In this document: positions 52,089 through 62,275 of the stretch, in pieces
Layout: each line of letters starts with the position of its first letter
Position numbering within the stretch: position 1 is the first letter of the stretch
NCBI GenBank assembly: GCA_963803805.1
Contig: CAWDOD010000006.1
Location: forward strand, 128,001 to 192,000
Reading direction: 5' to 3'
Source: an uncultured cyanobacterium
GTDB lineage: Bacteria > Cyanobacteriota > Cyanobacteriia > Cyanobacteriales > CAWCAG01
DNA length: 64,000 nucleotides
Made by a program: the position numbers and the translations under genes
The notes under the pieces: model-generated
Told to the model about the DNA's origin: nothing
Seen by the model: only the letters and a program-made list of their open reading frames with translations
Database searches by the model: none

Positions 52089-53441
52089 ATGATTAAGATA
52101 GTAGCCGCTTTCATCTTGGGTTTAAGCCTAGGAATAGGCTTTGGGCTATGGCGACAGCGAAAGTTAAACTCTAGGCTCAGACAAGTTCTAACTTCTTTAT
52201 CTGATAACAAAACTGATACAGTTGCTTTACCGATGGTTTATCAGGTGCGGCAAGAAATTAGTCGCTCTTATCAGCAACGCCTAGAACTAAAAGCAGAAAT
52301 TCAAGAGTGGCAGCATCTACTTAACTCTGCCCCTGTAGGCTATCTACAGGTAGATGAAGAAAATCGTTTATTGTGGTGCAATCTACAGGCACAAAAACTA
52401 CTCAAAATAGATCGTTGGCAACCAGGACAGTTACGTTTAATTCTAGAGTTGGTACGTTCCTATGAATTGGATCGTTTAATTGAACAAACCCGGATTTCCC
52501 AAAAATCCCACACTAGGGAATGGGTATTTCATACTACTAATTATCAAAAACAAAACCCTTTACAAACTTCTCTTTCGGTAAGGGGTTTTAGCTTGCCCTT
52601 GCCTCAAAAACAAGTTGGCATTTTTATTGAAAATAGACAGCATCTAGCAGAATTAGAACGTTCGCGCGATCGCAGCTTTTCTGATTTAGCCCACGAACTA
52701 CGTACTCCCTTAACTTCGGTTAGTTTAGTGGCAGAAGCATTACAAACGCGCCTCCAAGGTATAGAACTTTCTTGGGTAGAACAAATGCTAACTGAAAGTA
52801 ATCGCTTGATGCAATTGGTACAAGATTATTTAGAAGTTAGCAATTTAGCAGAAAATCCTTACCAAAAGTTAGTAAAAAGTCCCCTAGTTTTAAAAGACTT
52901 AGTATTTTACGCTTGGCAAATTTTAGAACCTATTGCCCAAAAAAAGCAAATTAAAATTGCTTATTCTGAAGTCAAAAGTATTTCTTTAGAAGCAGATAAA
53001 TCTCGTTTAACTCAGATTTTCATCAATCTTTTAGATAATGGCATTAAAAATAGTCCTGCTGGTGAAGTTATTCGAGTTGAGGTAAAAACAATTACTCCAA
53101 CTTCCCCTGAACCCTTACCAATTTTAGAAAAAGATACATTAGAGACAGATGTTTTCGTCCAAATCAATATAATTGATGCAGGTAGTGGCTTTTCTGAATC
53201 CGATTTACCCTATGTATTTGAAAGGCTCTACCGAGGAGATATCTCTCGCAAACGCCAAGATTCTGACTACCAAAATTTAGCAGCGTTACCCATAAGCAGT
53301 GGTAGTGGTTTAGGGCTTTCCATTGTTCAAGAAATAGTCAAAGCCCATAACGGTTCAATTCAAGCCAAAAATCATCCTCAAACAGGTGGTGGTTGGCTGC
53401 AAATTCAGTTACCTTTGATGGGTAATTTTAATTCAGGGTAG
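52089..53441 (+). CDS. sphS: PhoR/SphS sensor histidine kinase
   Basis: N-terminal TM, PAS-like region (ELVRSYELD), AHELRTPLT, NLLDNG, GSGLGL; lies between sphR and phoU. Confidence 0.85.
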   Translation: MIKIVAAFILGLSLGIGFGLWRQRKLNSRLRQVLTSLSDNKTDTVALPMVYQVRQEISRSYQQRLELKAEIQEWQHLLNSAPVGYLQVDEENRLLWCNLQAQKLLKIDRWQPGQLRLILELVRSYELDRLIEQTRISQKSHTREWVFHTTNYQKQNPLQTSLSVRGFSLPLPQKQVGIFIENRQHLAELERSRDRSFSDLAHELRTPLTSVSLVAEALQTRLQGIELSWVEQMLTESNRLMQLVQDYLEVSNLAENPYQKLVKSPLVLKDLVFYAWQILEPIAQKKQIKIAYSEVKSISLEADKSRLTQIFINLLDNGIKNSPAGEVIRVEVKTITPTSPEPLPILEKDTLETDVFVQINIIDAGSGFSESDLPYVFERLYRGDISRKRQDSDYQNLAALPISSGSGLGLSIVQEIVKAHNGSIQAKNHPQTGGGWLQIQLPLMGNFNSG

Positions 53442-53552
53442 AGACGAAATGTATACAAAAACACTAATCAACCATTATTTTTTATCCACAAACAAGAAAT
53501 TCCCTTAGACTTAATATCAATTTAATTAATTGTTTTTTAAAATTATTCCTTT

Positions 53553-54245
53553 TTGCCAGTGAACTTGTCTTTGCAAACTAACAATTCTCAATCCTTATAT
53601 CATTCCTCCAACATGGAGTTTGAGCGTGCCTTAAGACGCTTAGAACAAGAAGTCTTACGCATGGGAGCATTAGTTGAGCAATCTTTTCGCTTAAGCCACC
53701 AAGCCCTTTTTGAACGCAATCTTGAAGTGATTGAAGCAATAAACTCCCTTGATAACCAAATAGATGCTTACTATCGTCAAATTGAACGAGAATGTGCCGC
53801 TTTGATGACACTCCAATCTCCCGTTGCCCAAGATTTAAGAATATTAAGTGCTTTTATGCAATTAGTACGGGATTTAGAACGTATTGGAGATTATGCCGAA
53901 GATTTAGCAGAAATGGCCATTAAGCTCTTACCTTATTCTCCCCATGACTGCCTTTCGGAAATTGAAACTATGTCCCGCCATGCCCAAGCCATGTTAGCCG
54001 TTAGTTTAGTTGCTTTAACGGATTTAGAGCCTAATGCCGGACAAATAGTTAAAAAGCTTGATGATACTGTAGACGAAGCCTATGATAATCTTTATAACAC
54101 TTTAGCTTCGCAACGAGATATTAAAGGAGTAGTAGAACCAATTTTGATTCTTGGTTTAGTTATTCGCCATCTAGAAAGAATGGCAGATCATGCTACTAAC
54201 ATCGCTCAAAGGGTTTCTTATATTGTTACAGGACATCGATCTTAG
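53553..54245 (+). CDS. phoU: Phosphate signalling protein PhoU/SphU
   Basis: QSPVAQDLR, DLERIGDYA, HLERMADHATNIA. Confidence 0.93.
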   Translation: MPVNLSLQTNNSQSLYHSSNMEFERALRRLEQEVLRMGALVEQSFRLSHQALFERNLEVIEAINSLDNQIDAYYRQIERECAALMTLQSPVAQDLRILSAFMQLVRDLERIGDYAEDLAEMAIKLLPYSPHDCLSEIETMSRHAQAMLAVSLVALTDLEPNAGQIVKKLDDTVDEAYDNLYNTLASQRDIKGVVEPILILGLVIRHLERMADHATNIAQRVSYIVTGHRS

Positions 54246-54246
54246 G

Positions 54247-54287
54247 TAATGGCTAATAGCTAGTGGCTAGTGGCTAGTTGCTAATAG
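54247..54287. repeat. STRR-like heptamer tandem repeat; similar runs at 7577-7595, 16777-16807, 41652-41679 and 57438-57461
   Basis: TAATGGC TAATAGC TAGTGGC TAGTGGC TAGTTGC TAATAG. Confidence 0.75.
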
Positions 54288-54319
54288 TTTTCACTCACTC
54301 ACCCCATCTCCCTAGCTCC

Positions 54320-55741
54320 CTAAAAAGAGCGCAGGAAGTTAAACAGCTTCGGCAAAATTCTTTGCAGCCTTTCGTTTTTGGCATATTTGTATTTAGTTAA
54401 CTTTAATGCTGCTTTAGCATTTACTTCTGTTAAAGTTGGGTAAATGTGAATGCCTTTTAATGCCGAAACTTTTAACTTATTAGCCATTGCTAAAACAACT
54501 TCATGGATTAATTCTCCTGCGGAAGCACCAACAATATGTGCGCCGAGAATTTCTCCGTTACCTTTAGTAATAATCTTACAAAACCCTGCTGTAGCTCCTT
54601 CTGCTTGGGCGCGATCTACATCAGCAAACTCTTGTTTGTTAATATAAATATCATCTCCGTAACGCTTCCTAGCTTGTTCTTCGCTTAAACCCACGCGGGC
54701 AAGTTCAGGATCTGTGAAAGTTGCCCAAGGAATAACTTGGTAGTTAGCTTTGCTGAAAGGAAAAAACAGGGCATTGGTAGCAGCAACCCCCCCTTCATAA
54801 CCTGCTACATGGGTAAACTGATAACCACCAATAACATCCCCACAGCCATAGATACGGCTGTTGGATGTTTGGAGTTTCTCATTGACTTTAATACCTTTTT
54901 GGTCATACTTAACCCCTGCTGCTTCTAGGTTAAGGGTTTCAACATTGGGGGCGCGTCCTGCGGCTACTAAAATTTCTTCAACCAAGATTTTCTCATCTCC
55001 AGCAATAATACACTTTTTCCCGTCAACAACTGCAACTTTTTGCGCCCGACTTGCTTTGAGGATGCGAATACCTTCTGATTCAAATTGTTTTTCTACTACT
55101 TGTGCCGCTTCTGGATCTTCTTTATGTAAAATATGTTCTCGGCTAGCGATAATGGTAACTTCTGAACCCAAGCGATGGAAAGATTGTCCCAATTCACAAC
55201 CGATTGGCCCCGCACCAATAATAGCTAAGGATTTAGGACATTCTTTGAGGGAAAAAACCTGTTCATTAGTTAAGTAACCAGCCTCTTCTAAACCTGGTAT
55301 GGGAGGAGCAGAGGGGCGAGAACCTGTGGCAATAACGAAGGCGCGGGCTTTGAGCTGGCAATCCCCCACAACGAAGGTTTTATGATCTGTGAATTGACCA
55401 GAACCAAAAATCACTTCTACTCCCAAACTGCGAAATCTTTCTGGGGAATCATTAGGTTCAATAGCTGCAATTACCTTTTGTACATGGCTATTGGCTTGGG
55501 CAAAGTCAATTTTCACAGACTCAGTATGAATACCAAAACGGGAGGCGTGTTTAGCTTCGTAGGCGCTACGGGCAGCATGAATTAAAGATTTGCTAGGAAC
55601 ACAACCATACCAGAGACAATCCCCTCCTAAACGGTCTTTTTCTACTAAGGCAACCTTTGCTTTTAGTTGCGCCGCAACACTCGCTACAACTAACCCTCCG
55701 GAACCTCCACCAATGACAACAACATCATATTCAACTGCCAC
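54320..55741 (-). CDS. Class-I pyridine nucleotide-disulfide oxidoreductase (lipoamide dehydrogenase/mercuric reductase-like)
   Basis: GGGSGG, GGDCLWYGCVPSK, GAGPIGCE, HIYPTLTE; no C-terminal Cys-Cys pair. Confidence 0.88.
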   Translation of the reverse strand: MAVEYDVVVIGGGSGGLVVASVAAQLKAKVALVEKDRLGGDCLWYGCVPSKSLIHAARSAYEAKHASRFGIHTESVKIDFAQANSHVQKVIAAIEPNDSPERFRSLGVEVIFGSGQFTDHKTFVVGDCQLKARAFVIATGSRPSAPPIPGLEEAGYLTNEQVFSLKECPKSLAIIGAGPIGCELGQSFHRLGSEVTIIASREHILHKEDPEAAQVVEKQFESEGIRILKASRAQKVAVVDGKKCIIAGDEKILVEEILVAAGRAPNVETLNLEAAGVKYDQKGIKVNEKLQTSNSRIYGCGDVIGGYQFTHVAGYEGGVAATNALFFPFSKANYQVIPWATFTDPELARVGLSEEQARKRYGDDIYINKQEFADVDRAQAEGATAGFCKIITKGNGEILGAHIVGASAGELIHEVVLAMANKLKVSALKGIHIYPTLTEVNAKAALKLTKYKYAKNERLQRILPKLFNFLRSF

Positions 55742-56096
55742 ACTTACACCTTCTCTTGCTTCAATAGAACTGGATTAGTAAATTTATTTTTCCCTTTCTT
55801 ATGGTTAGTTTACTGCCAAGGAGTTTTGAGGGGATTAGTTTAAACTGAGAGTTAAATAATTTTTCCCTTGCAAATAGTCAGATTTAGTGACTACTCCAGA
55901 AGTTAGAAAAGCATTTCTTATTTCTATTTCTTTATGGGTAAGCTAAATAATTTGCAAGTCTTACTTGGGAACCAAGCTTTACTAGCTTAATTTAACTTAG
56001 TATGAAAAGGAAGTTTAAGTATGACAATAAATATATTTACGCAGGTACAAAGCTTAAATATTTGTTGTTTACTCTATGAGAGGAGCTATTAAGTCA

Positions 56097-56792
56097 GTGT
56101 TTTTTCACAAAAAAGAATTAATTAACAAAGCAATAAATGTTAAAGAAGCAGATCCACGTTTTGCTCAGCTTCTATTAGAACAATTTGGTGGTGCAACCGG
56201 GGAACTTTCTGCCGCTTTACAATATTGGGTACAGTCTTTTCATGTTGAAGATGCTGGCATCAAAGATATGTTACAAGACATTGCTGTAGAAGAGTTTAGT
56301 CACTTAGAAATGATTGGCAAACTAATTGAAATTCATACAAAAAATGTTGACCAAACAGATGCTTATAAAAGTACTTTATTTGCTGTACGTGGTCAAGGGC
56401 CTCATTTCTTAGATTCTCAAGGTAGCGCTTGGACAGCTACTTATCTCAACGAAGGTGGTGATGTGGTTAGGGATTTACGGGCAAATGTTGCGGCTGAAGC
56501 TGGGGCGCGACAAACCTATGAATCTTTAATTAAATTAGCACCAGATGAAGGAACAAAAGATGCCTTAGTGCATTTATTAACTCGTGAAATTTCTCATACT
56601 AAAATGTTTATGGAAGCATTAAATTCTCTTGGGAAATTGACCGATCCTTTCTTTGGTAATGTTCAGCCTGATGAAACAGTTGATCTTTATTACAACTTAT
56701 CTACTAATGGTGATGGTAAAGATGAACGTGGTCCTTGGAATTCTGATAAAAATTTCAAGTATGTAGCTGATCCTATGAAAGAAAAGTCCTAA
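56097..56792 (+). CDS. katB: Manganese catalase, KatB-like (start refined to GTG 56097 after AGGAG)
   Basis: EQFGGATGELSAALQY, EEFSHLEM, NVAAEAGARQTY, REISH. Confidence 0.9.
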   Translation: MFFHKKELINKAINVKEADPRFAQLLLEQFGGATGELSAALQYWVQSFHVEDAGIKDMLQDIAVEEFSHLEMIGKLIEIHTKNVDQTDAYKSTLFAVRGQGPHFLDSQGSAWTATYLNEGGDVVRDLRANVAAEAGARQTYESLIKLAPDEGTKDALVHLLTREISHTKMFMEALNSLGKLTDPFFGNVQPDETVDLYYNLSTNGDGKDERGPWNSDKNFKYVADPMKEKS

Positions 56793-56817
56793 AATATTTA
56801 GCTGATAAATCTTAACT

Positions 56818-56845
56818 AAAGGCGGGTTTTAGACCCGCTTTTTTT
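56818..56845 (+). terminator. Rho-independent terminator of the Mn catalase gene
   Basis: AAAGGCGGGT-TTTAG-ACCCGCTTTTTTT. Confidence 0.85.
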
Positions 56846-56995
56846 AATTAAAAATTAAAGGAATAAGCTAAGACGCATTCAAACTAGGATTTCTAAGATT
56901 AATTAAATAACCGCCAACTTTTTTACAAGAGTGACTATTGACTATTGGCTATTTTCTCCCCTCACAAACGAATTTAAAAGCATAACAGCTTGTTA

Positions 56996-57178
56996 TTAGT
57001 TTGCTTTCTCTTTGGCAGCACAGGGGTTCTCCTTACCAGAACAAGGATTAGCCTTTTCTGTGGTTGCGTCTTCACTGCTATTTTTGGTTTTTGCCCCACA
57101 GGGATTAGCACAAGCAGTTACCATACCAACGCTTAAAATAGAAGCAGCGGCAAGGGTTGCAAAATACTTTATTTTCAT
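56996..57178 (-). CDS. Small Cys-rich lipoprotein with three NPC repeats
   Basis: Signal peptide and lipobox-like VTAC, then ANPCGAK / ANPCSGK / ENPCAAK. Confidence 0.75.
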   Translation of the reverse strand: MKIKYFATLAAASILSVGMVTACANPCGAKTKNSSEDATTEKANPCSGKENPCAAKEKAN

Positions 57179-57232
57179 AACAATTTTTCTCTTCAGACCT
57201 GTTACAATTTGTCTTTAATTAAAGCTGCCAAG

Positions 57233-57280
57233 CTGAATTTTCCCTGAGAACTAACTGGGGAAGTGCTGAGAATTACTAAA
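57233..57280 (-). promoter_or_regulatory. 11-bp-phased direct repeats (OmpR-family-type operator) upstream of the NPC lipoprotein
   Basis: CTGAA 57233, CTGAG 57244, CTGGG 57255, CTGAG 57266; weaker CTAAA at 57276. Confidence 0.55.
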
Positions 57281-57610
57281 GATTTTTTTTGAACAATCAT
57301 TACAAAAATATTAATTATTTTCTCAGCTAAAATTTAGAAAGTAATTAGCTAAAAATAATCTTTTTTTTCTATTTTTCGTTAAATTAAAAAGAATTATAGT
57401 CATTTTTGTAGAAGTCATGTGTCGTTAAGAACTTTTTTTGCTAATTGCTAATTGCTAATTGTTAGGCAGCTATAGTCATGATTTATTACATTAGTGCTTA
57501 AGCTGATGTGCATTTAAACTGTGTATGACTCAACTAGGAAATAAGCCCTAAAACTCTCCCCCCATCTCCCTATCCCCCTATCTCCCCATCAAACCTAATA
57601 AGTAAATTAA

Positions 57611-58276
57611 ATGACTGACAGCTTAAGCTATATTGCTGATTTTAACCATAAATGGAAAATGAATAACAACCATCAAAGTTGGCTGGTAAACAATGAAGGA
57701 AATCACTTAACTTATGGAACTCTGGGGGTTAATCAAGAAACAAATAAACCCTACCGTCTTTATCGCTTTTTAACAGATTTGGAAAATATTATTGCAGAAA
57801 TTCCAGAAGATAGTCAAAGACTAAAAGCAATTACACCTTTAGTTCGCCGCTTACTAAGTACTTCTTATTGGTTACAAGGGGAATATTTAGAACCCGATCC
57901 AGAGCAAGGTTGGTCTGTATTAATGCTTTATGATGAACCTAATTTTCCCTTGACAATTCAAACAGTAGTTTGGTTGCCAGGCAAAGTTTCTCCTATTCAT
58001 AATCATGGCACTTGGGGGTTAGTAGCTTTGATTAATGGTAAGGAAAAAAATACTTTTTGGCGGCGCGATAGGAAAGCCGAGTTTCCTGATAAATTGTCTC
58101 AAGTTGGAGAGCAAGTTTTAGAACCGGGCGATATTATTAGTTTTTTACCAGGGGCAATTCATAGTGTAGAAGCTTTAGGGGAAGAGCCGACAGTTACTTT
58201 CAATATCTATGGCGAAACAGATTATGAAAATCGCTTTGAATTTGATATGAAAACCAATTTAGCAACTAAGTTTTAA
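57611..58276 (+). CDS. Cysteine-dioxygenase-like cupin; start may be ATG 57659
   Basis: SPIHNHGTWGLV and PGAIHSVE 3-His cupin motifs; TFNIYG. Confidence 0.8.
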   Translation: MTDSLSYIADFNHKWKMNNNHQSWLVNNEGNHLTYGTLGVNQETNKPYRLYRFLTDLENIIAEIPEDSQRLKAITPLVRRLLSTSYWLQGEYLEPDPEQGWSVLMLYDEPNFPLTIQTVVWLPGKVSPIHNHGTWGLVALINGKEKNTFWRRDRKAEFPDKLSQVGEQVLEPGDIISFLPGAIHSVEALGEEPTVTFNIYGETDYENRFEFDMKTNLATKF

Positions 58277-58298
58277 TTAGCAGCAACTAAGCAATAAA

Positions 58299-59732
58299 AT
58301 GACATTTTTTAGCGCTCTGCGCTCAATTATAAATCAAGTTAAATATCAAGTTGATCCTCATTCTTTGAGATTACGTTTAACAGTAGGAATTGCTGCTTTT
58401 TCTTCTCTGGGCATAGGAGGAATTGCTCTGTGGACTAGCTGGAAAATGCAAGATATTTTAATTACTACCCATAAGAAAAATTTAATTTATATTGCTGAAC
58501 GCTTTCCAGAAGATGTTGAAGCTTATAGCGAAATGTTTACGATGGAAACTGCTGTGGGGAAAGCTATTAAGAATATTGGTAGCCAAAGTGTATTAATTTG
58601 GGTTGAACGGGATGGTAAAATTATTGCTAGGTCAGAGGCTCTCCAAACAGCTACTAAAAAAGATGCTTTAGTAAAAAGATCGCCAATTGCTGCTATTCCT
58701 AAAATTTATGAAGTTCAAGGAAGTTATTGGGTAATTTGTAGTACTCCTTTGCAAGTTGAAAATGCTACAGTAGGAGAATTTTATCTAGCCCAAGATATTA
58801 CTAAAGACCAAATTATGTTTTGGCATATGATTTCTAATTTGTGTCTTGCTAGTTTCCTGGCCCTTTGTATTATCACCTTAGCAATGGCCTTTTATATTCA
58901 GCGCTCCCTTCAACCCTTAAAAAGAATGAGTCAGTTAACAGAAACAGTTTCTGCTGACCATTTAGGAGAAGTACAATTACATCTAGAAAATGCTCCTAGT
59001 GAAGTTAGGGAATTAGCTCAAACTTTTGAACAAATGTTAGTGAGGCTTGATCGAGCTTGGGAGCAACAAAGACAATTTGTCAGCAACGTCTCCCATGAAT
59101 TGCGTACCCCTTTAACCATCGTTTCTGGCTATTTACAAAGTACTTTACGTCGCGGAGATAATCTTAGGGAGCCTCAAAGAGAAGCTTTAGAAATCGCTTC
59201 TTCTGAAGCAAATCGCACCATCCAACTTTTGCAAGATTTATTGGATTTAGCTAGGGCTGATAGTGGTTATTTATCTTTTCATTTACAACCGTTGATACTA
59301 AATAATTTAGTAGCAGAAATCGTCGGCATGGCAAAACAATATAGCAATCGAGAAATTGAGATTAAGTCTCTCAGTAAAAATATTGAAGTAAAAGCAGACC
59401 GAGATCGGCTCAAACAAGTACTACTTAACCTTATTGATAATGCTGTTAAGTACTCCGATGACTGCCAACCTGTAACAGTAGTATTAGAACAACTTCAAGA
59501 ACAAGCTACTATCCAGATTTGCGATCATGGCCCAGGTATATCTCTACAGCATCAAGTCCGTATTTTTGAGCGATTTTACCGTATTGATGAAGCTCGTGGT
59601 CGCTCTACTGGGGGTACAGGTTTAGGTCTATCCATCGTTAAAACTTTAGTTGAGGGGATGGGAGGTTTTGTTTCTGTGCGCTCAAATCCTGGGCAAGGAA
59701 GCACCTTTACAGTAACTTTACTTTTAGTTTGA
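58299..59732 (+). CDS. Membrane sensor histidine kinase (2 TM, HAMP, HisKA, HATPase)
   Basis: VSHELRTPLT, NLIDNAVKYS, DHGPGI, GGTGLGL. Confidence 0.93.
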   Translation: MTFFSALRSIINQVKYQVDPHSLRLRLTVGIAAFSSLGIGGIALWTSWKMQDILITTHKKNLIYIAERFPEDVEAYSEMFTMETAVGKAIKNIGSQSVLIWVERDGKIIARSEALQTATKKDALVKRSPIAAIPKIYEVQGSYWVICSTPLQVENATVGEFYLAQDITKDQIMFWHMISNLCLASFLALCIITLAMAFYIQRSLQPLKRMSQLTETVSADHLGEVQLHLENAPSEVRELAQTFEQMLVRLDRAWEQQRQFVSNVSHELRTPLTIVSGYLQSTLRRGDNLREPQREALEIASSEANRTIQLLQDLLDLARADSGYLSFHLQPLILNNLVAEIVGMAKQYSNREIEIKSLSKNIEVKADRDRLKQVLLNLIDNAVKYSDDCQPVTVVLEQLQEQATIQICDHGPGISLQHQVRIFERFYRIDEARGRSTGGTGLGLSIVKTLVEGMGGFVSVRSNPGQGSTFTVTLLLV

Positions 59733-60211
59733 TTCTCTGATTTGCTTCTAAAGTTATTATTGAATACATAAGTATATTTAGCGATAGTCTAATATAAATT
59801 AAATTAAACTGATTATCGAGTTTTCATAGCCAGAATTGGTTTATTGGAAACAGTTTCAAGGTTTAATACTTGATTTTTGTCTTCCTAATTCTGGGAGATT
59901 ATGTCGTTAAACTTACATTTATTCATAAAATAAAGGTACACATACCGATAGTAATGTTATGGTGTATTTTGTATTCACTTAGTTCATACTAAAATCTAGT
60001 TTAGTTACAAAAAAATAAAATTAGGGAGGGTCTAGCTTTTCTTTAATTTGCCCAGGGTGTAGAGAATCGAGTTTTAGGTAGCCTTCAAACTATTTGATAA
60101 TTGGCTAATTAATAAATTTTTGAGTTTTGAACTCTACAGCTTTGAGGTTTATGTTAATGAGTTTTATCTTAAACCAACTCTTAAGCGACCTGCAAAATTG
60201 ACTACGCTACG

Positions 60212-62224
60212 GTGAGAAAAAATTTAACAATTAAAGAAACTTCACCTCAAGCTCAACGTTTTGCTGATAATGGTACTCAAATTAAGCCAGGAGAGAATTT
60301 ATCTTTAGCTATTCCTGAACTATTTGGTTTAGAAGGAATATTTGAAGATATTTTACTAGGTAAACGTGACTGTTTCGAGTTAAAGAGTATTGCTCGGCAT
60401 CAAGATACTGCTCCCAGTTTATATTTTGATTTATCTATAGTAACAGGAGTTGAAGACTGGGATTCAGAGCAGCAAATCCTCATTTTTTTTGTGGAGACTA
60501 CAGAAAAGATTGCTATGCAACAAGCTTTGTTACAAAGAACTAATGAAGCTTACTTACTTTTAAGTCAATTAACTTCAGCTAAGGATTATATTGATAAAGT
60601 AGTTGATCATATTGCAGATTCTCTATTAATTACAGATTCTCAAGGATATATAAAAAAAATTAATCGAGCGGCTCAAATCATGTTTGGCTACAGCCAAGAA
60701 GAATTGCAAGAAAAACATCTTACTTATCTTTTTAAAGCCCAGACTATAGAAGAACAAATTAAACAAGGCACAGTAACAGAACAAACATTTCTAGAGGCTA
60801 GTTGTCGAAATAAGCAAGGTAAAAATTTTAATATAGCTTTTTCTTGCGCTTCTTTTCTAAGCGAAACAGAAGAAGAAGCCTTTGTCTATATCGGACGAGA
60901 TATTACTGCTAACAAAAATAGAGAAAAGGCGATTTATCAACTTAACACAGAACTATCTCAAGAAGTTGAAACTAACACAGCAAAAATGCGAAAAGCCATG
61001 ACCAAATTAGAAATTGAAGTAGCTGAACGCCAGCGTACAGAAGCTCGTCTAAGTAGTTTGCTTAACTCTCTTCAAGATGTAGTTTGGTCTATGTCTGCTC
61101 CTGATTTCCAGCTTCTTTATCTTAACCCTGCTGCGAAGAAACTTTATGGTTATTCGGTGGAGAACTTTTACTGTAATCCTCAGTTATGGTTAGATGTAAT
61201 TCATCCTGAAGATTGCCAGAAATTAACTGATTTTTTCCCAACTATTTTGTCCCAAGGTGATGGAGAAATAGAGTATCGTATTGTACATTCCACAGGAAAA
61301 GTTTGTTGGCTTCGTAATCGAGGTTGGTTAATTGTTGATAAGTTAAATCAGGGAATGCGTATTGATGGAATTATCACCAATATAACTGAGCGTAAACATT
61401 CAGATGCTTTAAATAGAGCTAAGTTAGTTCAAAGTGAAAAAATGTCTAGCTTAGGGATGATGGTAGCGGGATTCGCTCACGAAATTAATAATCCTTTAAG
61501 TTTCGTTTATAGTAATCTTGATTATGTTAAAAGCTATACGAAAGACCTTTTAGAATTAATTGAAACTTATCAACAATTAAACCCACAAAAAAACACGATT
61601 ATTACTCAAAAAGAAGCTGAACTAGAGTTTGATTTTATCAAAGAAGATTTACCAAAAATTTTCCAATCTATGGACTCAGGGGCTAGCCGTATTCGCAATT
61701 TAGTATTAAACCTACGGAACTTTTCCCGCTTAGGTGAATCAGCAATGAAGCCTGTAGATATTCATGAAGGTATTGATAGTACTTTGACCTTATTACAACC
61801 ACACTTAAGGGCTAAAGGAAGTCGTCCCTCAATTGAAATCATTAAAAATTATAGTGATTTACCCCATATTCTTTGCTATCCTAGCAACCTTAATCAAGTA
61901 TTTATTAACATTATCACTAATGCTATTGAAGCCTTTGAATTAGTTAAGTTAGAAAACTTTAATCCTAAAATCAAGATTTCTACTAACTTTAGTCAATCTC
62001 ACTCTGTTTGCATTAAAATTGCTGATAATGGCCCTGGGATGACCAAAGAGGTTTTAGAAAAAATATTTGATCCTTTCTTTACTACCAAACCAATAGGCTC
62101 TGGCACAGGGCTAGGTTTATTAATTAGCTACTCAATTATTGTAGAATCCCATAAAGGTTGTATTTACTGTAATTCGGCTCCTGGAGAAGGTTCAGAATTT
62201 GTAATTAAATTACCTTTAAAATAA
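60212..62224 (+). CDS. Cytoplasmic PAS-PAS histidine kinase; true start probably 60151 or 60157 across a +1 frameshift
   Basis: Two PAS/PAC regions, [36 protein letters not shown]. Confidence 0.88.
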   Translation: MRKNLTIKETSPQAQRFADNGTQIKPGENLSLAIPELFGLEGIFEDILLGKRDCFELKSIARHQDTAPSLYFDLSIVTGVEDWDSEQQILIFFVETTEKIAMQQALLQRTNEAYLLLSQLTSAKDYIDKVVDHIADSLLITDSQGYIKKINRAAQIMFGYSQEELQEKHLTYLFKAQTIEEQIKQGTVTEQTFLEASCRNKQGKNFNIAFSCASFLSETEEEAFVYIGRDITANKNREKAIYQLNTELSQEVETNTAKMRKAMTKLEIEVAERQRTEARLSSLLNSLQDVVWSMSAPDFQLLYLNPAAKKLYGYSVENFYCNPQLWLDVIHPEDCQKLTDFFPTILSQGDGEIEYRIVHSTGKVCWLRNRGWLIVDKLNQGMRIDGIITNITERKHSDALNRAKLVQSEKMSSLGMMVAGFAHEINNPLSFVYSNLDYVKSYTKDLLELIETYQQLNPQKNTIITQKEAELEFDFIKEDLPKIFQSMDSGASRIRNLVLNLRNFSRLGESAMKPVDIHEGIDSTLTLLQPHLRAKGSRPSIEIIKNYSDLPHILCYPSNLNQVFINIITNAIEAFELVKLENFNPKIKISTNFSQSHSVCIKIADNGPGMTKEVLEKIFDPFFTTKPIGSGTGLGLLISYSIIVESHKGCIYCNSAPGEGSEFVIKLPLK

Positions 62225-62275
62225 ATTATTGGAGGGATTATCAATGGTATAACTTCTGTCAAAGTTAAAAGCAAG

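Noticed and set aside
54320-55741. Mercuric reductase merA
   Set aside because: Lacks the C-terminal Cys-Cys pair and the N-terminal metal-binding domain, and no mer genes are nearby.
56001-56027. ManR-type operator upstream of the Mn catalase (TATGAAAAG...TATGACAA)
   Set aside because: The half-sites are 19 bp apart rather than about 11, and the region is AT-rich.
1048-57218. Short ORFs in the track overlapping larger genes (e.g. 4820-5107, 6797-7120, 20011-20472, 54861-55277, 57012-57218)
   Set aside because: Antisense or off-frame shadows of well-supported genes, with no recognisable motifs.
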